A DNA stretch of 64,000 nt, from assembly GCA_038087875.1 (NCBI GenBank), contig CM075997.1:6388001-6452000 (forward strand), given 5' to 3'. Positions 38,795-53,949 of the stretch are shown here, one piece after another. The position numbers were made by a program, and so were the translations under genes. Numbering within the stretch: the stretch's first letter is position 1; every line of letters starts with the position of its first letter. The notes beneath the pieces are model-generated. The model had not been told where the DNA came from, searched no databases, and saw only the letters and a program-made list of their open reading frames with translations. The DNA comes from Malacoraja senta. Taxonomy: Eukaryota.

Positions 38795-40182
38795 AACCAT
38801 ATAACCATAACAGCACGGAAACAGGCCATCTCGGCCCTTCAAGTCCGTGCCGAACACTTTTTTAAAAATTTACTTCCCCCTAGTACCATCTACCTGCACT
38901 CAGACCATAACCCTCCATTCCTTTCCCGTCCATATACCCATCCAATCTATTTTTAAAGGATAACATCGAACCTGCCTCCACCACTTCCACTGGAAGCTCA
39001 TTCCACACAGCTACCCCACTCTCTGAGTAAAGAAGTTCCCCCTAATGTTACCCCTAAACCTCTGTCCCATAATTCTCAAGTCATGTCCCCTTGTTTGAAT
39101 CTTCCCTACTCTCAATGGGAAAAGCTTATCCACGTCCACCCAGGCAACATTCTAGTAAATCTCCTCTGTACTCCCTCTATTTTGTTGACATCCTTCCTAT
39201 AATTAGGCGACCAAAATTGTACTCCATACTCCAGAATTGGCTTCACCAATGCCTTGTACAATTTTAACATTACATCCCAACTTCTATATTCAATGCTCTG
39301 ATTTTTAATGCCAGCACACCAAAAGCTTTCTTTACCACCCTATCTACATGAGATTCCACCTTCAGGGAACTATGCACAGTTATTCCTAGATCCCTCTGTT
39401 CAACTGCATTCCTCAATTCGCTACCATTTACCATGTACGTCCTATTTTGATTTGTCCTGCCGAGATGTAGCACCTCACATTTGTCAGCATTAAACTCCAT
39501 CTGCCATCTTTCAGCCCACTCTTCCAAATGGCCTAAATCTCTCTGTAGACTTTGAAAATCTACTTCATTATCCACAACACCACCTATCTTAGTATCATCT
39601 GCATACTTACTAATCCAATTTTCCACACCATCATCCAGATCATTGATGTACATGACAAACAACAGTGGACCCAACACAGACCCCTGAGGCACCCCACTAG
39701 TCACCGGCCTCCAACCTGACAAACAGCCATCCACCATTACTCTCTGGCATCTCCCATTCAGCCACTGTTGAATCCATCTTGCTACTCCACCATTAATACC
39801 CAACAATTGAATCTTCTTAACCAACCTTCCATGCGGAACCTTGTCAAAGGCCTTACTGAAGTCCATATAGACAACATCCACTGCTTTACCCTCATCAATT
39901 TCCCTAGCAACCTCTTCGAAAAATTCAAGATTAGTCAAGCATGACCTTCCAGGCACAAATCCATGTTGACTGTTCCTAATCAGACCCTGCTTATCCAGAT
40001 GCTTATATATATTATCTTTAAGTATCCTTTCCATTAATTTGCCCATCACTGACGTCAAACTAACAGGTCTATAATTGCTAGGTTTACTCTTCGAACCCTT
40101 TTTAAACAACGGAACAACATGCGCAGTACGCCAATCCTCCGGCACTATTCCCGTTTCTAATGACATTTGAAATATTTCTGTC
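38795..40182 (-). mobile_element. CR1 LINE, same subfamily as 9487-11743
   Basis: Near-identical sequence with an internal deletion near 39139; AAAT TSD; empty site near 50403-50415. Confidence 0.95.
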
Positions 40183-40293
40183 AAATGTGGAAACTATGTC
40201 GATATAAGTTGATTTCATTAGTGAATATCTTTGAACAAGTGATATTTTGGCGGGTTTTTCAAACTTCTGCTAATCTACGGGAATTGGCAGTAA

Positions 40294-40863
<570 letters not shown>

Positions 40864-40892
40864 ACGAGACGAGCTGAACTCAATGACCAAAA

Positions 40893-40908
40893 GGCTCTTT
40901 TCAGAGCC
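40893..40908 (+). terminator. Histone mRNA 3' stem-loop (H2A unit 2)
   Basis: GGCTCTTTTCAGAGCC, HDE AAAGGGCTG. Confidence 0.97.
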
Positions 40909-41504
40909 ACTCTCATTGTCTGTGAAAGGGCTGCCCAGCGACAGGGGTGAGAGCGGGATCGTGTTATGAAGGCGTTAAGTGTCCTTGGTGAATGCGGGGT
41001 GGGTCATAAAGGGAATAGATCGACCACAGGCAGGGTTTCCGCGGGTCTTGTATACAAGGTCATGAGCCGTTTTGTAATTCATCTTAACCGGTTATATCCC
41101 GAGACATTGGATTCACAGGGGGCAGATTCGGATCATCGACAGTGATAACAATCAATGTCCCAGCGATGTGATCTGCTGCAAGCAAGCATGTCTGCAACAA
41201 GCCGAGACATTCACAATATCTAAGGCACGGGGGCGGGCGGGGATATCTGTGACCAAATGATGTACAGGGATTTGTGGTAGTCGGACTTCAGACAGTGAGA
41301 GAGCACTGACTAAAGTGTGGTTCCTGCTTCAATTTCAAATTGCCCACCAATTTCAGAGCAACCGGAAACCGAGGGAAATCATATTCTACATAATATGTCG
41401 CTTCTATTAACTTCATAGAAATTAGAGTGTGGCGCAGCTGGTAGACTTGATTTGGATATCATTCCTCAAAATTAAAGGGCAGTTGAAATTGTAATTATTA
41501 ATAG

Positions 41505-41655
41505 TGTACCCGGGTTCGATTCTAACCTAGTACATTCTCCCTGTGATCCCGTCGGTTTTCTCCGGGTGCTCTAGTTTGCTCCAACATCCCAAGATGTGCG
41601 GGTTTGTGGGTTTATTGCCTCTCTGTAAGTTACTCCCATTGTGTGGATGAGAAAG
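41505..41655 (+). mobile_element. HE1/V-SINE fragment (paralog at 52127-52280)
   Basis: V-domain-like TTCTCCCTGTGA..TTTTCTCCGGGTGCTC. Confidence 0.7.
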
Positions 41656-41656
41656 T

Positions 41657-43240
41657 GTTTAAGAAGGAACTGCAGATGCTGGAAAATCGAAGGTAGACAA
41701 AAGTGCTGGAGAAACTCGGCGGGTGCAGCAGCATCTGTGGAGCGAAGGAAATAGGCAACGTTTCGGGCCGAAACCGTTCTTCAGACTGATGTGTGGGGGG
41801 GGGGGGGAGAAAGTAAAAAGGAAGAGGAGCCCGAGGCCTGAGGGAGAGCTGAGAAGGGGAGGAGACAGCAAGGGCAAACGGAAATTGGAGAATTCAATGT
41901 TTACGCCGCTAGGGTGCAGACTGCCCAAGCGGAATATGAGGTGCTGCGCCGAACACCTCCGCTCAGTCTGCATTAACCAACCTGATTTCCCGGTGGCTCA
42001 GCACTTAAACTTCCCCTCCCATTCCGAATCTGACCTCTCTGTCCTGGGCCTCCTCCATGGACAGAGTGAGCACCACCAGAAATTGGAGGAGCAGCACCTC
42101 ATATCCAAGCCTACTCAACCTCTCCCTATAGCTCAGACCCTCCTGCCCTGGCAACATCCTTGTAAATCTCTGTACCCATTACAATTTGACCAACTTTCCT
42201 GTAACATGGTGCCCAGAACTGAACATAATACTCTGAATGCTGCCTCATCAACGTCTTATACAACTGCAACATGACCTCCCAACTTAGATACTCAATACTC
42301 TGACTGATGAAGGCCAATGTGCCAAATGCCTTTTTGAACACCATACCTATCTACGTTTCTACCTTCAGGAACCATGCTCCTGCACACCTAGATCCTACTG
42401 CTCTACAACACTCCCCAGACCCCCACCCTTCACTGTGTCAGTGCTGCCCATGTTAGACTTTCCAAAATGCAGCACCTCACATATCCCTCTATTAAATTCC
42501 ATCAGCCATTCCTCAGTCCTCCTGGCAAATTGATCAAGGTCCTGTTGTAATTTTTCACGTTCATAAGATATAGGAGTAGAATTAGGCCATTTGGCCCATT
42601 GTCGGGGATTAGTTGGTTCTGCGGCTGCAGGAAATGCTGCACTTGGCGCTTTACCTCCCCCCCCCTTGACTCCATCCAAGGACCCAAGCAGTCTTTTTCA
42701 GGTGAGGCAGAGGTTCACCTGCACCTCCTCCAACCTCATCTATTGCATCTGTGAAATATGAGGTGCTGCGTTTCCAATTTGCGGTGTCAGCTGCTCTACA
42801 TCGGTGAGACCAAGCGTAGGCTTGGCGATCGATTTGCCCAAAACCTCCGCTCGGTTCGCATGAACCAACCTGATCTCCTGGTGGCCCAGCACTTCAACTC
42901 CCCCTCCCATTCCGAATCTGACATTTCTGTCCAGGTACTCCTCCATGGCCAGAGTGAGTCCCACTGCAAATTGGAGGAGCAGCACCTCATATTTCATACT
43001 TCACCCCAGCGGTATGAACATTGACCTGCAATTTCAGGTAGTCCTTGCTTTCTCCTTCTTTCCCATCCCCTTCCCAGCTCTCACACAGCCTACTGTCTCT
43101 GCTCTTCATTTCTATTCCCACCGCCCCCCTCCCACCTCCACATCAGTCTGAAGAAGGGTCTCAACCCGAAACGTCACCTGTTCTTTCGCTCCACAGATGC
43201 TACCTCATCAACTGAGTTTCTCCAGCATTTTTGTCCACCT
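41657..43240. mobile_element. Cluster of Penelope GIY-YIG/tail fragments around an old CR1 piece (42110-42600, minus)
   Basis: YIGETKRRLGDRF motif; hammerhead motifs at 41757-41784 (-) and 43148-43175 (+). Confidence 0.8.
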
Positions 43241-43259
43241 GCAAATTAATTTGAACACT

Positions 43260-43886
43260 GTGAATGACAACAGTTTTCACCATACACACATGGACAGTAC
43301 ACACATGGACTGTCGTAAAGGAGAAAGCATGTGAGGCTGAAGAACGCCATGCAGAGGTGTTCGACGGTAAACTGGGAAGCTGCCCGGTGAAGCCCATCTG
43401 CAGATTGACGAGGAAGTGCAACCCACGTTCCTACCGCCCCATCGCTTACCTCACGTGATAAAGCAGATGGTGAAGACGTAGCTAGAGTGCATGGTAGAGG
43501 ATCATGTGATCGCACCAGTTCACGAGCTGACGAGTTGTGTCAGCCAGCTCATGGTCGGAGAGAAAAAGAATGGCGATCTCTGGGTGTGCATCGATCCACG
43601 ACTGCTAAACAAAGCGTTAAAGCGAGAACACTATCTGCTCCCAGTTATTGGAGACATCCTGCCAGATCTCAACCATGCGAAGATCATCAGTAAGCTAGAC
43701 ATCAGCTCAGCTTTCTGGCAGGTGAAACTGGACGACAAGTCCAGCAATCTAACCACGTTCAATACACATTTTGGTCGTTATCAGTGGCGCCAACTGCCAT
43801 TCGGTATAAGCGTGTCGTCTGTAATCATCCAGCGATGATTATATCGTGTTTGAAGGGCTACGTGGAGTGATCTGCGTCGCAGACAA
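43260..43886 (+). mobile_element. Old Gypsy pol remnant (RT); continues at 48153-48790
   Basis: CIDPRLLNKALKREHY, LDISSAFWQ, LPFGIS motifs. Confidence 0.85.
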
Positions 43887-46800
43887 TAGAAACATAGAAA
43901 ACATAGAAAATAGGTGCATGAGTAGGCCATTCGGCCCTTCGAGCCTGCACCGCCATTCAATATGATCATGGCTGATCATCCAACTCAGTATCCTGTACAT
44001 GCTTTCTCTCCATACCCCCTGATCCCTTTAGCCACAAGGGCCACATCTAACTCCCTCTTAAATATAGCCAATAAACTGGCCTCAACTACATTCTGTGGCA
44101 GAGAATTCCAGAGATTCACCACTCTCTGTGTAAAAAATGTTTTTCTCATCTCAGTCCTAAAAGATTTCCCCTTTATCCTTAAACTGTGACCCTTGTTCTG
44201 GACTTCCCCAACTTCGGGAACAATCTTCCTGCATCTAGCCTGTCCAACCCCTTAAGAATTTTGTACATTTCTATAAGTTCCCCCCTCAATCTTCTAAATT
44301 CTAGCGAATACAAGCCGAGTCTATCCAGTCTTTCTTCATATGAAAGTCCTGACATCCCAGGAATCAGGCTGGTGAACCTTCTCTGTACTCCCTCTCTGGC
44401 AAGAATGTCCTTCCTCAGATTAGGAGACCAAAACTGTACGCAATACTCCAGGTGTGGTCTCACCAAGACCCTGTACAAATGCAGTAGAACCTCCCTGCTC
44501 CTATACTCAAATCCTTTTGTTATGAATGCTAACATACCATTCGGTTTCTTCACTGCCTGCTGCACCTGCATGCCTACTTTCAATGACTGGTGTACCTTGA
44601 CACCCAGGTCTCGTTGCATCTCCCCTTTTCCTAATCGGCCACCATTCAGGTAATAGTTTACTTTCCTGTTTTTGCCACCAAAGTGGATAACCTCACATTT
44701 ATCCACATTGTACTGCATCTGCCATGCATTTGCCCACTCACCCAGCCTATCCAAGTCATCTTGCAGCCTCCTAGTACCCTCCTCACAGCTAACACTGCCC
44801 CCCAGCTTCGTGTCATCCGCAAACTTGGAGATGTTGCATTCAATTCCCTCGTCCAAATCATTAATATATATTGTAAATAGCTGGGGTCCCAGCACTGAGC
44901 CTTGCGGTACCCCACTAGTCACTGCCTGCAATTCTGAAAAGGACCCGTTTACTCCTACTCTTTGCTTCCTGTCTGCCAGCCAGTTCTCTATCCACATCAA
45001 TACTGAACCCCCAATACCGTGTGCTTTAAGTTTGTATATTAATCTCTTATGTGGGACCTTGTCGAAAGTCCAGATATAACACATCCACTGGTTCTCCCTT
45101 ATCCACTCTACTAGTTACATCCTCTAAAAATTCTAGAAGATTCGTCAGACATGAGTTACCTTTCATAAATCCATGCCGACTTTGTCCAATGATTTCACCA
45201 TTTTCCAAATGTGCTGCTATCCCATCTTTAATAACTGACTCTAGCAGTTTCCCCACTACCGATGTTAGACTAACTGGTCTGTAATTCCCCGTTTTCTCTC
45301 TCCTTCCCTTTTTAAAAAGTGGGGTTACATTAGCTACCCTCCAATCCTCAGGAACTACTACAGAATCTAAAGAATTTTGAAAAATTATCACTAATGCATC
45401 CACCATTTCTGGGGCTACTTCCTTAAGTACTCTGGGATGCAGCCTATCTGGCCCTGGGGATTTATCGACCTTTAATCCATTCAATTTACCTAACACCACT
45501 TCCCGGCTAACCTGGATTTCACTCAGTTTCTCCATCGCATTTGACCCCCGGTCCCCTGCTATTTCCGGCAGATTAATTAAGTCTTCCTTAGTGAAGACAG
45601 AACCAAAGTAGTTATTCAATTGGCCTGCCATGTCCTTGTTCCCCATGATCAATTCACCTGTTTTTGACTGCAAGGAACCTACATTTGTTTTAACTAATCT
45701 TTTTCTCTTCACATATCTATAAAAACGTTTGCAGTCAGTTTTTATGTTCCCTGCCAGTTTTCTTTCATAATCTATTTTCCCTTTCCTAATTAAACCCTTT
45801 GTCCTTCTCTGCTGGACTCTGAATTTCCCCCAGTCCTCTGGTAGGCTGCTTTTTCTGGCTAATTTGTATGCTTCATCTTTTGTTTTGATACTATCCCTGA
45901 TTTCCCTTGTTATCCACGGATGCACTACCTTCCCTGATTTATTCTTTTGCCAAACTGGGATGAACAATTGTTGTAGTTCATCCATGCAGCCTTTAAATGC
46001 CTTCCATTGCATATCCACTGTCAACCCTTTAAGAATCAATTGCCAGTCTATCTTGGTCAATTCACGTCTCATACCCTAAAAGTTACCTTTCTTTAAGTTC
46101 AGAACCCTTATTTCTGAATTAATTATGGCACTCTCCATCCTAATGAAGATCTCAACCATATTATGGTCATTCTTGCCCAAGGGGCCACGCATGACAAGAC
46201 TACTAACTAACCCTTCCTCATTACTCAATACTCTAGAGTAGCCTGCTCTCTCATTGGTTCCTCTACATTTTGATTTAGAAAACTATCCCGCATACATTCC
46301 AAGAAATCCTTTTCCTCAGCACCCCTGCCAATTTGATTCACCCAATCTATATGTAGATTGAAGTCACCCATTATAACTGTTTTACCTTTGTTGCACGCAT
46401 TTCTAATTTCCTGTTTGATGCCATCCCCAACTCCACTACTACTGTTAGGTGGCCTGTACACAACTTCCACTAGCGTTTTCTGCCCCTTAGTGTTTCGCAG
46501 CTCTACCCATACCGATTCCACATCCTCCAAGCCAATGTCCTTCCTTTCTATTGCGTTAAGCTCCTCTCTAACCAGCAACACTACCCCACCTCCTTTTCCT
46601 TTCTGTCTATCCCTCCTGAATATTGAATATCCCTGGATGTTCAGCTCCCAGCCTTGGTCACCCTGGAGCCATGTCTCTGTGATCCCAACTATATCGTAGT
46701 AAATAATAGCTATCTGCACATTCAACTCATCCACCTTATTACGAATGCTCCTTGCATTGAGACACAAAGCCTTCAGGCTTGTTTTTACAACACTCTTACA

Positions 46801-48030
46801 CCTTATACAATTATGTTGAAAAATGGCCCTTTTTGATTTTTGCCCTGGATTTGTCTGCCTGCCACCTTTACTTTTCACCTTGCTACCTATTGCTTCTACC
46901 CTCATTTTACAGCCCTCTGCCTCTCTGCTCACACATTTAAGAAACCCATCACCTCTTATTCTCTGTTTATTATCTTTTTCTTCTTTCCCCCCTACATGTT
47001 GGTTCTGAGCGCTTCCCTTCTCTGCCTCCTGCCTCACACACTGTCTACTAGCTTTCTCTATTTGAGTCCCTCCCCCCCAACCGTTCTAGTTTAAAGTCTG
47101 CCCAGTAGCCTTTGCAAATCTCCCTGCCAGGATATTGGTCCCCCTCGGGTTCAAGTGCAACCCGTCCTTTTTTTACAGGTCACTCCTTCCCCAAAAGAGG
47201 TTCCAATGATCCAGAAACTTGAATCCCTGCCCATTGCACCAGTCCTTCAGCCACGCATTTATCCTCCACCTCGCTCCATTGCTACTCTCACTGTTGCGTG
47301 GCACAGGCAGCAATCCTGAGATTGTTACCTTTGCGGTCCTTTTCCTTAACTCTCCGCCTAACTCCCTAAATTGTCCTATCTTCCCTTTTTCTACCTATGT
47401 CATTGGTATCTATATGTACCACGACCTCGGGATCCTTTCCCTCCCATTTCAGGATATCGTGGACATGTTCAGACACATCCCAGACCCTGGCACCAGGGAG
47501 GCGAACTACCATCCGGGTCTCCTGACTGCGTCCACAGAATCGCCTATCTGACCCCCTAACTATAGAGTCCCCTATTAATACTGGCCTCCTCTTCTTTTCC
47601 TTACCCCTCTGAGCAACAGGGCCGGTCTCTGTACCAGAGGCCCGGCTGCTGTTACTACCCCCAGCTAGGCTGTCCGCCCCAACAGTACTCAAACAGGAGT
47701 ACTTATTGTAAAGGTGTACAGCCACCGGGGTACTCTCTAGTCCCTGCCTCTGCCCCTTGCCCCTCCTAACTGTGACCCACTTGTCTGTCTCCCGTGGTTT
47801 TGGAGTGACCACCTCTCTATAACTCCTCTCTATGACCTGCTCACTCTCCCTGACCAGACGGAGGTCATCGAGCTGCTGCTCCAGGTTCCTAATACGGTCC
47901 CTTAGGAGCCCCATCTCGACGCACCTGGCGCAGATGTGGACATCTGGACGGCTATCAGACTCCATGACATCCCACATCTGACATCCAGAACAGTAAACTG
48001 CCGTGGCCCTCACACTCCTCCCTTACCCTG
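43887..48030 (-). mobile_element. Near full-length CR1 LINE (ORF1 zinc finger/SGNH esterase + ORF2 APE-RT)
   Basis: ORF1 CSGC..CARC and IGDSIVRG; ORF2 LNARSI, ITETW, MGDFN, FADD; (TTTCTATG)n-type tail. Confidence 0.95.
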
Positions 48031-48152
48031 GATAAAACACAAAGTGCTATACAATACAATACAAACTGCTGGAAGAAATCAGCAGTTTGTACATCTGATT
48101 TGAAGTATGTACATCTGATTTACAGTTTGAAACATACAAAATCATACAATCA

Positions 48153-48790
48153 TACATCGTCTATGGTGAAGGAGAGGTGATGGAAGATGTGATCATCGAC
48201 CATGACTCGAAGGTCGAGCATTTGCTTTAGCGGTTCGTACAGCAACACATTAAACTCAACAGAGACAAGTCCGTCTTCAGAGAAACTGAGATACCCTTCT
48301 TAGGACATGTGATCACTAGCACAGGACTGCAACCCGACCCCAAAAAGGTCACCAATGTCGCCAACATGCCATCACCCACAGATGTACAGGGTGTGCAGAG
48401 GCTAGTTGGATTTGTCAACTAACTGAGCCGCTTTCTACCCAGCCTGCCTGATATCCTTGAGCCCTTCAGACAGTTGATGAGACCAGACATAGCATGGGAG
48501 TGGTCTACTGAGCTGGACAATGTGAACGGTCCAAGATCAGACAGATGGTGTCTGAAGCACTGATCTTAGTGTACTACAATCCCAAGGAGAAGCTGACGAT
48601 TCAGAGTGATGCGAGCAACAAAGGACTGGGGGCAGCCTTCCTCCAAAAGGGACGCCCCATTGCATATGCGAGCAGAGGAATAACCGACACCGAATCGCGA
48701 TATGCTTCGATTGAGAAGGAGAAGCTCGCTGTATTATTCGCAATAGAGTGTTTTAATCAATACACATTTGGTCATTTCACCAACGAAAAT
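48153..48790 (+). mobile_element. Old Gypsy pol remnant (RT end and RNase H)
   Basis: IVYG, FLGHVI, QSDASNKGLGA, YASIEKE motifs. Confidence 0.85.
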
Positions 48791-48809
48791 TGGCACAGAT
48801 CTCTTCACA

Positions 48810-48962
48810 TGGAACGGGAAAGATTATCTTGTCTGAAGAAGGAGTCTCGACCCGGAACATTGCCTATTTCCTTCGCTCCATAGGTGCTGCCTCACCCGCT
48901 GAGTTTCTCCAGCATTTTTGTCTACCTTTGATTTTCCAGCATCTGCAGTTCCTTCTTAAACA
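48810..48962 (+). mobile_element. Penelope tail with decayed hammerhead motif
   Basis: Similar to other tails; GAAA changed to GGAA. Confidence 0.7.
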
Positions 48963-49608
48963 TTTTGACAAATCCCATGATTCCTTGCGTTGTTCGGAAT
49001 ACCGAACTCGCTTATTCACATTGTACACTAAAGATGCAATTTTTCAATCTGTTAGAGACTCTCAATGTTTAAGGTACTTCATAAAGCTATCATTGTGATT
49101 AGATGGTCTGTATGAGGTTACAACCATTACCTGAACATTGATTAATCGTATCATTTCTAAGTGCTGGAGTAACTCCGCGGTCAGAATGTAACTCTGGAGG
49201 ACATGAACAGGATTGAAATATAAGCAAGAATGAATATCAGTGGAAGGGGGCGGTGGCAGGGGAGCGGGTGGGATAGAGGGAGATTGGATGCGCATTCGAG
49301 TAAGGCACCGGGAGGGAGGGGAGAAAAGGGGGTGATGTTGGTTATGAGCTACCCAACCCAAACAAAACACGGGGCAGTGGTCGGGGGCTTCTGATTGAGG
49401 GAGGGTGGGATTGCGATTGGTTCCCACAAATGTCTAATCAAAACATTTAACGGAATAATCCAATGGGCAGTTTATCTCTGCAAACATCCAATGAAAATAC
49501 GTGGCCTTTCCACCCAGCACTCATTAGCACACAGTTCTGGGATCCGTCGATTCAATCCGCGCTCCGAACGGCTGCTGATTATTTCGGGGGTTGAACTTGA
49601 CTGAAGAA

Positions 49609-49983
49609 ATGCCCGAGGTGCAGAAACCCGCTCCTAAGAAGGGCGCCAAGAAAGCTTTGCCGAAACCCGCAGGCAAAGCGGGCAAGAAGCGCAGGAAGTC
49701 GAGGAAGGAGAGTTATTCAATCTACATCTACAAAGTGATGAAGCAGGTTCACCCCGACACCGGCATCTCGTCCAAGGCCATGAGCATCATGAACTCGTTC
49801 GTCAACGATATTTTCGAGCGCATCGCTGGTGAGGCTTCCCCCCTGGCTCATTACAACAAGCGCTCGACCATCAGCTCCCGGGAGATCCAGACCGCCGTGC
49901 GCCTGCTGCTGCCCGGGGAGCTGGCCAAGCACGCCGTGTCGGAAGGGACAAAGGCGGTGACCAAGTACACCAGCTCCAAGTAA
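49609..49983 (+). CDS. H2B: Histone H2B, 124 aa, likely impaired (R79P, damaged stem-loop)
   Basis: Open ORF; stem-loop GGCCCCTTTAAGAGCC at 50010-50025 has two mismatches. Confidence 0.85.
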   Translation: MPEVQKPAPKKGAKKALPKPAGKAGKKRRKSRKESYSIYIYKVMKQVHPDTGISSKAMSIMNSFVNDIFERIAGEASPLAHYNKRSTISSREIQTAVRLLLPGELAKHAVSEGTKAVTKYTSSK

Positions 49984-50705
49984 AGATACACAAAAACCGT
50001 AAACCCAAAGGCCCCTTTAAGAGCCACCCAGTCTCATTGAAAGAGTTGTACTCATATTTGGACATCGAATTGCAGCAGAATTGTCTCTTTCTTTCCGGGA
50101 ATTATTCACATTCTGATTACGCTGCTCACATTCTGGTATCCCTGCTACATACCGAATCACCAACCTGACATGAAAACTTAATCCCCTTCACATCACCTTG
50201 TCCCGGTCAAAATTGAGACTGCTCTGAATCGCGTTTCTATTGGGGAATCGAGTCACTTTTTTTTTTTCACTGAGCAACTTTTCACACTTGCGGAGTATCA
50301 TATCTTTTGTTCCGATCGCTTACGGGTGGAAAGGAAAGAGTGAATTAAATTCCCAGAATCACAGATTTCCTAGTTAATATAAACGATCTGAGATTCAGTA
50401 CCGGGGTAAATGTGGAAACGATGTCGATTTATGTTGATTTGATTTGCGAATATCTAAACAAGTGATATTTTATCGGCTTTTTCAAATTTCTGCTAATCTA
50501 TGGGAATGGGCAGTAAATTTCCGCGCTTCTTCTGTTGCGGTTTGTGATTGATGCACTAGACAGCTCTCTGATTGGGTTATGCTCCTCACCAATGACATTA
50601 GGCGCTGTTCCACCAATCATTAGCGTCCCTCCGCATTCCTCCAGAAGGTATAAGAAGGGCGAGTGCGGCAGGATGAACTCATTCTGTCTGCGTCGCTATT
50701 TGGAA

Positions 50706-51087
<382 letters not shown>

Positions 51088-51382
51088 ACGAGAGAATCTG
51101 AACCAAAAGGCTCTTTTCAGAGCCACTCTCATTGTCTGTGGAAGGGCTGACCAGCGACAGGGGTGAGAACGGGTTCGTGTAATGAAGGCGTTAGTTGTCC
51201 TTGGTGAATGTGAGTTGTTCATAAAGGAATAGATCGACCACAGGCAGGATTTGCGCGGGTCTTGTATAGAAGGTTATGGGCCGTTTTGTGATTAATATCT
51301 TAACCGGTTATATCCCGAGACATTGGATTCAGAGGGGGCAGAATCGGCTCATCACAGTGATAAACGATCAATGTCCCAGCGA

Positions 51383-51475
51383 ACGTAGACAAAAATGCTG
51401 GAGAAACGCAGCGGGTGAGGCAGCATCTACGGAGCGAAGGAAATGGGCAACGTTTCGGGCTGAAACCCTTCAGAC
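51383..51475 (-). mobile_element. ~90-bp Penelope-tail mini-element
   Basis: 12-bp TSD ATGTCCCAGCGA; empty site in the paralog near 41155-41166. Confidence 0.88.
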
Positions 51476-51818
51476 ATGTCCCAGCGATGTGATCTGCTGC
51501 AAGTATGTCGGCAACAAGCCGAGACATTCAGAATGTCTAAGGCACGGGGGGAGGGGGATATTATCTGTGACCAAATACTGTACTGGGATTTGTGGTAGTC
51601 GGACTTCAGACAGAGAACACTGACTAAATAAGTGTGATTGATTACGGCTTCAATTTCAAATTGCCCACCAATTTCAGAGCAACCGGAAACCGAGGGAAAT
51701 CATTCTAAATAATATGTCGCATCTATTAACTTAGTAGAATTAGAGGGTGGCGCACTGGAAGAGTTAATTTGGATATCATTACTAAAAGTTGAAGGGCAGT
51801 TTAAATTGTAATTATTAA

Positions 51819-52123
51819 CTAGACTAAGTGGCACCCGTTGGGTCCCAGTCACACGGGAGGCCAGGTCTCCCCAACGCAACCCATTCCCCCAAAGCAATGT
51901 TCCACTACTCTGGAGAGGGGTGGGGGAGGGGGCACCTTGAAAACCTTCATAACTTTTGTACTATTTCACCGATCGGAACAAAACTTATTTGACTTGCAGC
52001 AGAGGAGAATGGTGAGTAAGGTGGTGAAAAATCGTAGCTCTATTATGGGGGGTCGTTTTTGCGCCTATTTAATTACAACGCCGACAGGAAGTGGTCAAGA
52101 TGAGAGTTTTACCAATAAATAGA
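51819..52123 (-). mobile_element. Non-autonomous Helitron
   Basis: 5' TC, subterminal hairpin GGGACCCAACGGGTGCC, 3' CTAG, inserted between A and T without TSD; empty site near 41501. Confidence 0.85.
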
Positions 52124-52329
52124 TAGTGTACCCGGGTTAGATTCTAACCTAGTACGTTCTCCCTGTGATCCCGTGGGTATTCTCCGGGTGCTCTAGTTTG
52201 CTCCCACATCCCAAGACGTGCGGGTTTGTGGGTTTATTGCCTCTCTGTAAGCTGCTCCCATTGTGTGGATGACAAAGTTGATAACGCAACGTTTGAACTC
52301 AAAAAGATCCCACACGAAAATTCAACACA

Positions 52330-53490
52330 GTTTATTATTTCACCAACTCCACGTGAGGCTGCTGAGGAAGATGAGAGCCCATGGTATCAAAGGGCAGATA
52401 CTAGCACGAATAATAGGTTGGCTGGATGGCAGAAGGCAATGAGTGGCTGAAAAAGGGGCTTTTTCTGGTTGGCTGCCAGTGACTAGCGGAGTTCCACAGG
52501 GCCAAATTTGCGGATGATACAAAAATAGGTGGAGGGGCAGGTAGTGTAGAGAAAGCAGGGACTCTTGCCCAGAGTAGGAGAATCAAGGACCAGAGGACAT
52601 AGGTTCAAGGTGAAAGGGAAACAATTTAAAATGAATCCGAGGGGTAACTTTTTCACACAAACGGTGGTGGTTGTATGGTACAAGCTGACAGAGGAGGTAG
52701 TTGAGGCTGGGACAATCCCATCGTTTAAGAAACAGTTAAACAGGTACATGGATAGGACAGGTTTGGAGGGATATGGACTAAGAGCAGGCTAGTGGGACTT
52801 GTGTAGCTGGAACATTGTTGACTGTGTGGGCAAGTTAGGCCGAATGGCCTGTTTCCACACTCTATGACTCGATGTCTCCAGCATTTATTTCAAGAGGGCT
52901 AGAATACAAAAACAAGGATGTCATGCTGAGGCTCTACAAGGTGCTAGTTAGGCCGCATTTGGTGTATTGTGAGCAATTTTAGGCTCCGTATATCTGAGGA
53001 AGTGCTTGCCCTGGATACGGTCCACAGGAGGTTTACAAGAATGATCACAGGAAGGAGCAGGTTACCATATGATGAGCGTTTGCAGCACTGGGCCTTAGTC
53101 GCTGGAGTTTAGAAGGATGTGGGGTGGGGTAGGGGAGAATAATGAAAGGCTTGGATAGAGTGGATGTGAAGAGGATGTTTGCACTAGTGGGAGAGTCCAG
53201 GACTAGAGGAAATCACCATAGAATTAAAGCACGTTCCTTTTGGAAGAAGATGAGGAAGAATTTCTTTATTCAGAGGGTGGTGAATCTGTGGAATTATTTG
53301 CTACAGAAGGCTGTTCAGCCCAAGTCAATGGATATTTTAAAAGCAGAAATACATACACTTGATTAGTATGGGTGTCAGGGGTTATGGGGAGAAGGCAGGA
53401 GAATGGAGTTAGGGGGGAGAGATAGATATGCCATGATTTAATGGCGGGGTAGACTTGATGGGCCAAATGGCCTAATTCTATCCTATCACT
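52330..53490 (+). mobile_element. Old CR1 fragments
   Basis: GESRTRGH and NFFTQ motifs. Confidence 0.75.
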
Positions 53491-53496
53491 TACCCA

Positions 53497-53820
53497 GACT
53501 GAAAAAGGGTCTCGACCCGAAACGTCACCCTTTCCTTCTCTCCAGAGATGCTGCCTGTCTTGCTGAGTTACTCCAGCTTGCTGTGTCTATCTTCGGTTTA
53601 AACCAGCATCTGCAGTTCCTTCTTACACTTATCTTGTCACCTTGTGACTTTACCCTTCCTTATCTCTGTGTCTCCCCTGACTCACAGTCTGAAGAAAGAT
53701 CTCGACTCGAAACGTCACCTACCTTTTTTCTGTCTGTACAAAGCTGTCTGACCCGCTGAGTTACTCCAGCTTTTTGTGCCGATCTTCCATTCAAACCAAC
53801 ATCTGCAGTTCCTTTCTCCA
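53497..53820 (+). mobile_element. Two tandem Penelope tails with hammerhead motifs
   Basis: Motifs at about 53499-53527 and 53689-53716. Confidence 0.72.
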
Positions 53821-53949
53821 TGCACAGTCCAAATCAATGGGTGGGAATCAGATAGCTTCCCAGTCAAGTCTGGAGTAAAGCAGGTGTATTGTAAAAAACA
53901 GGCCATTTCAACTAAAATGAAGTTATCAGCCAAATTAGCAGCACAGCTT

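Noticed and set aside
49601..49608. CTGAAGAA just before the H2B ATG (also near 36813) as a hammerhead box
   Set aside because: No stem II hairpin followed by GAAA-CGTH
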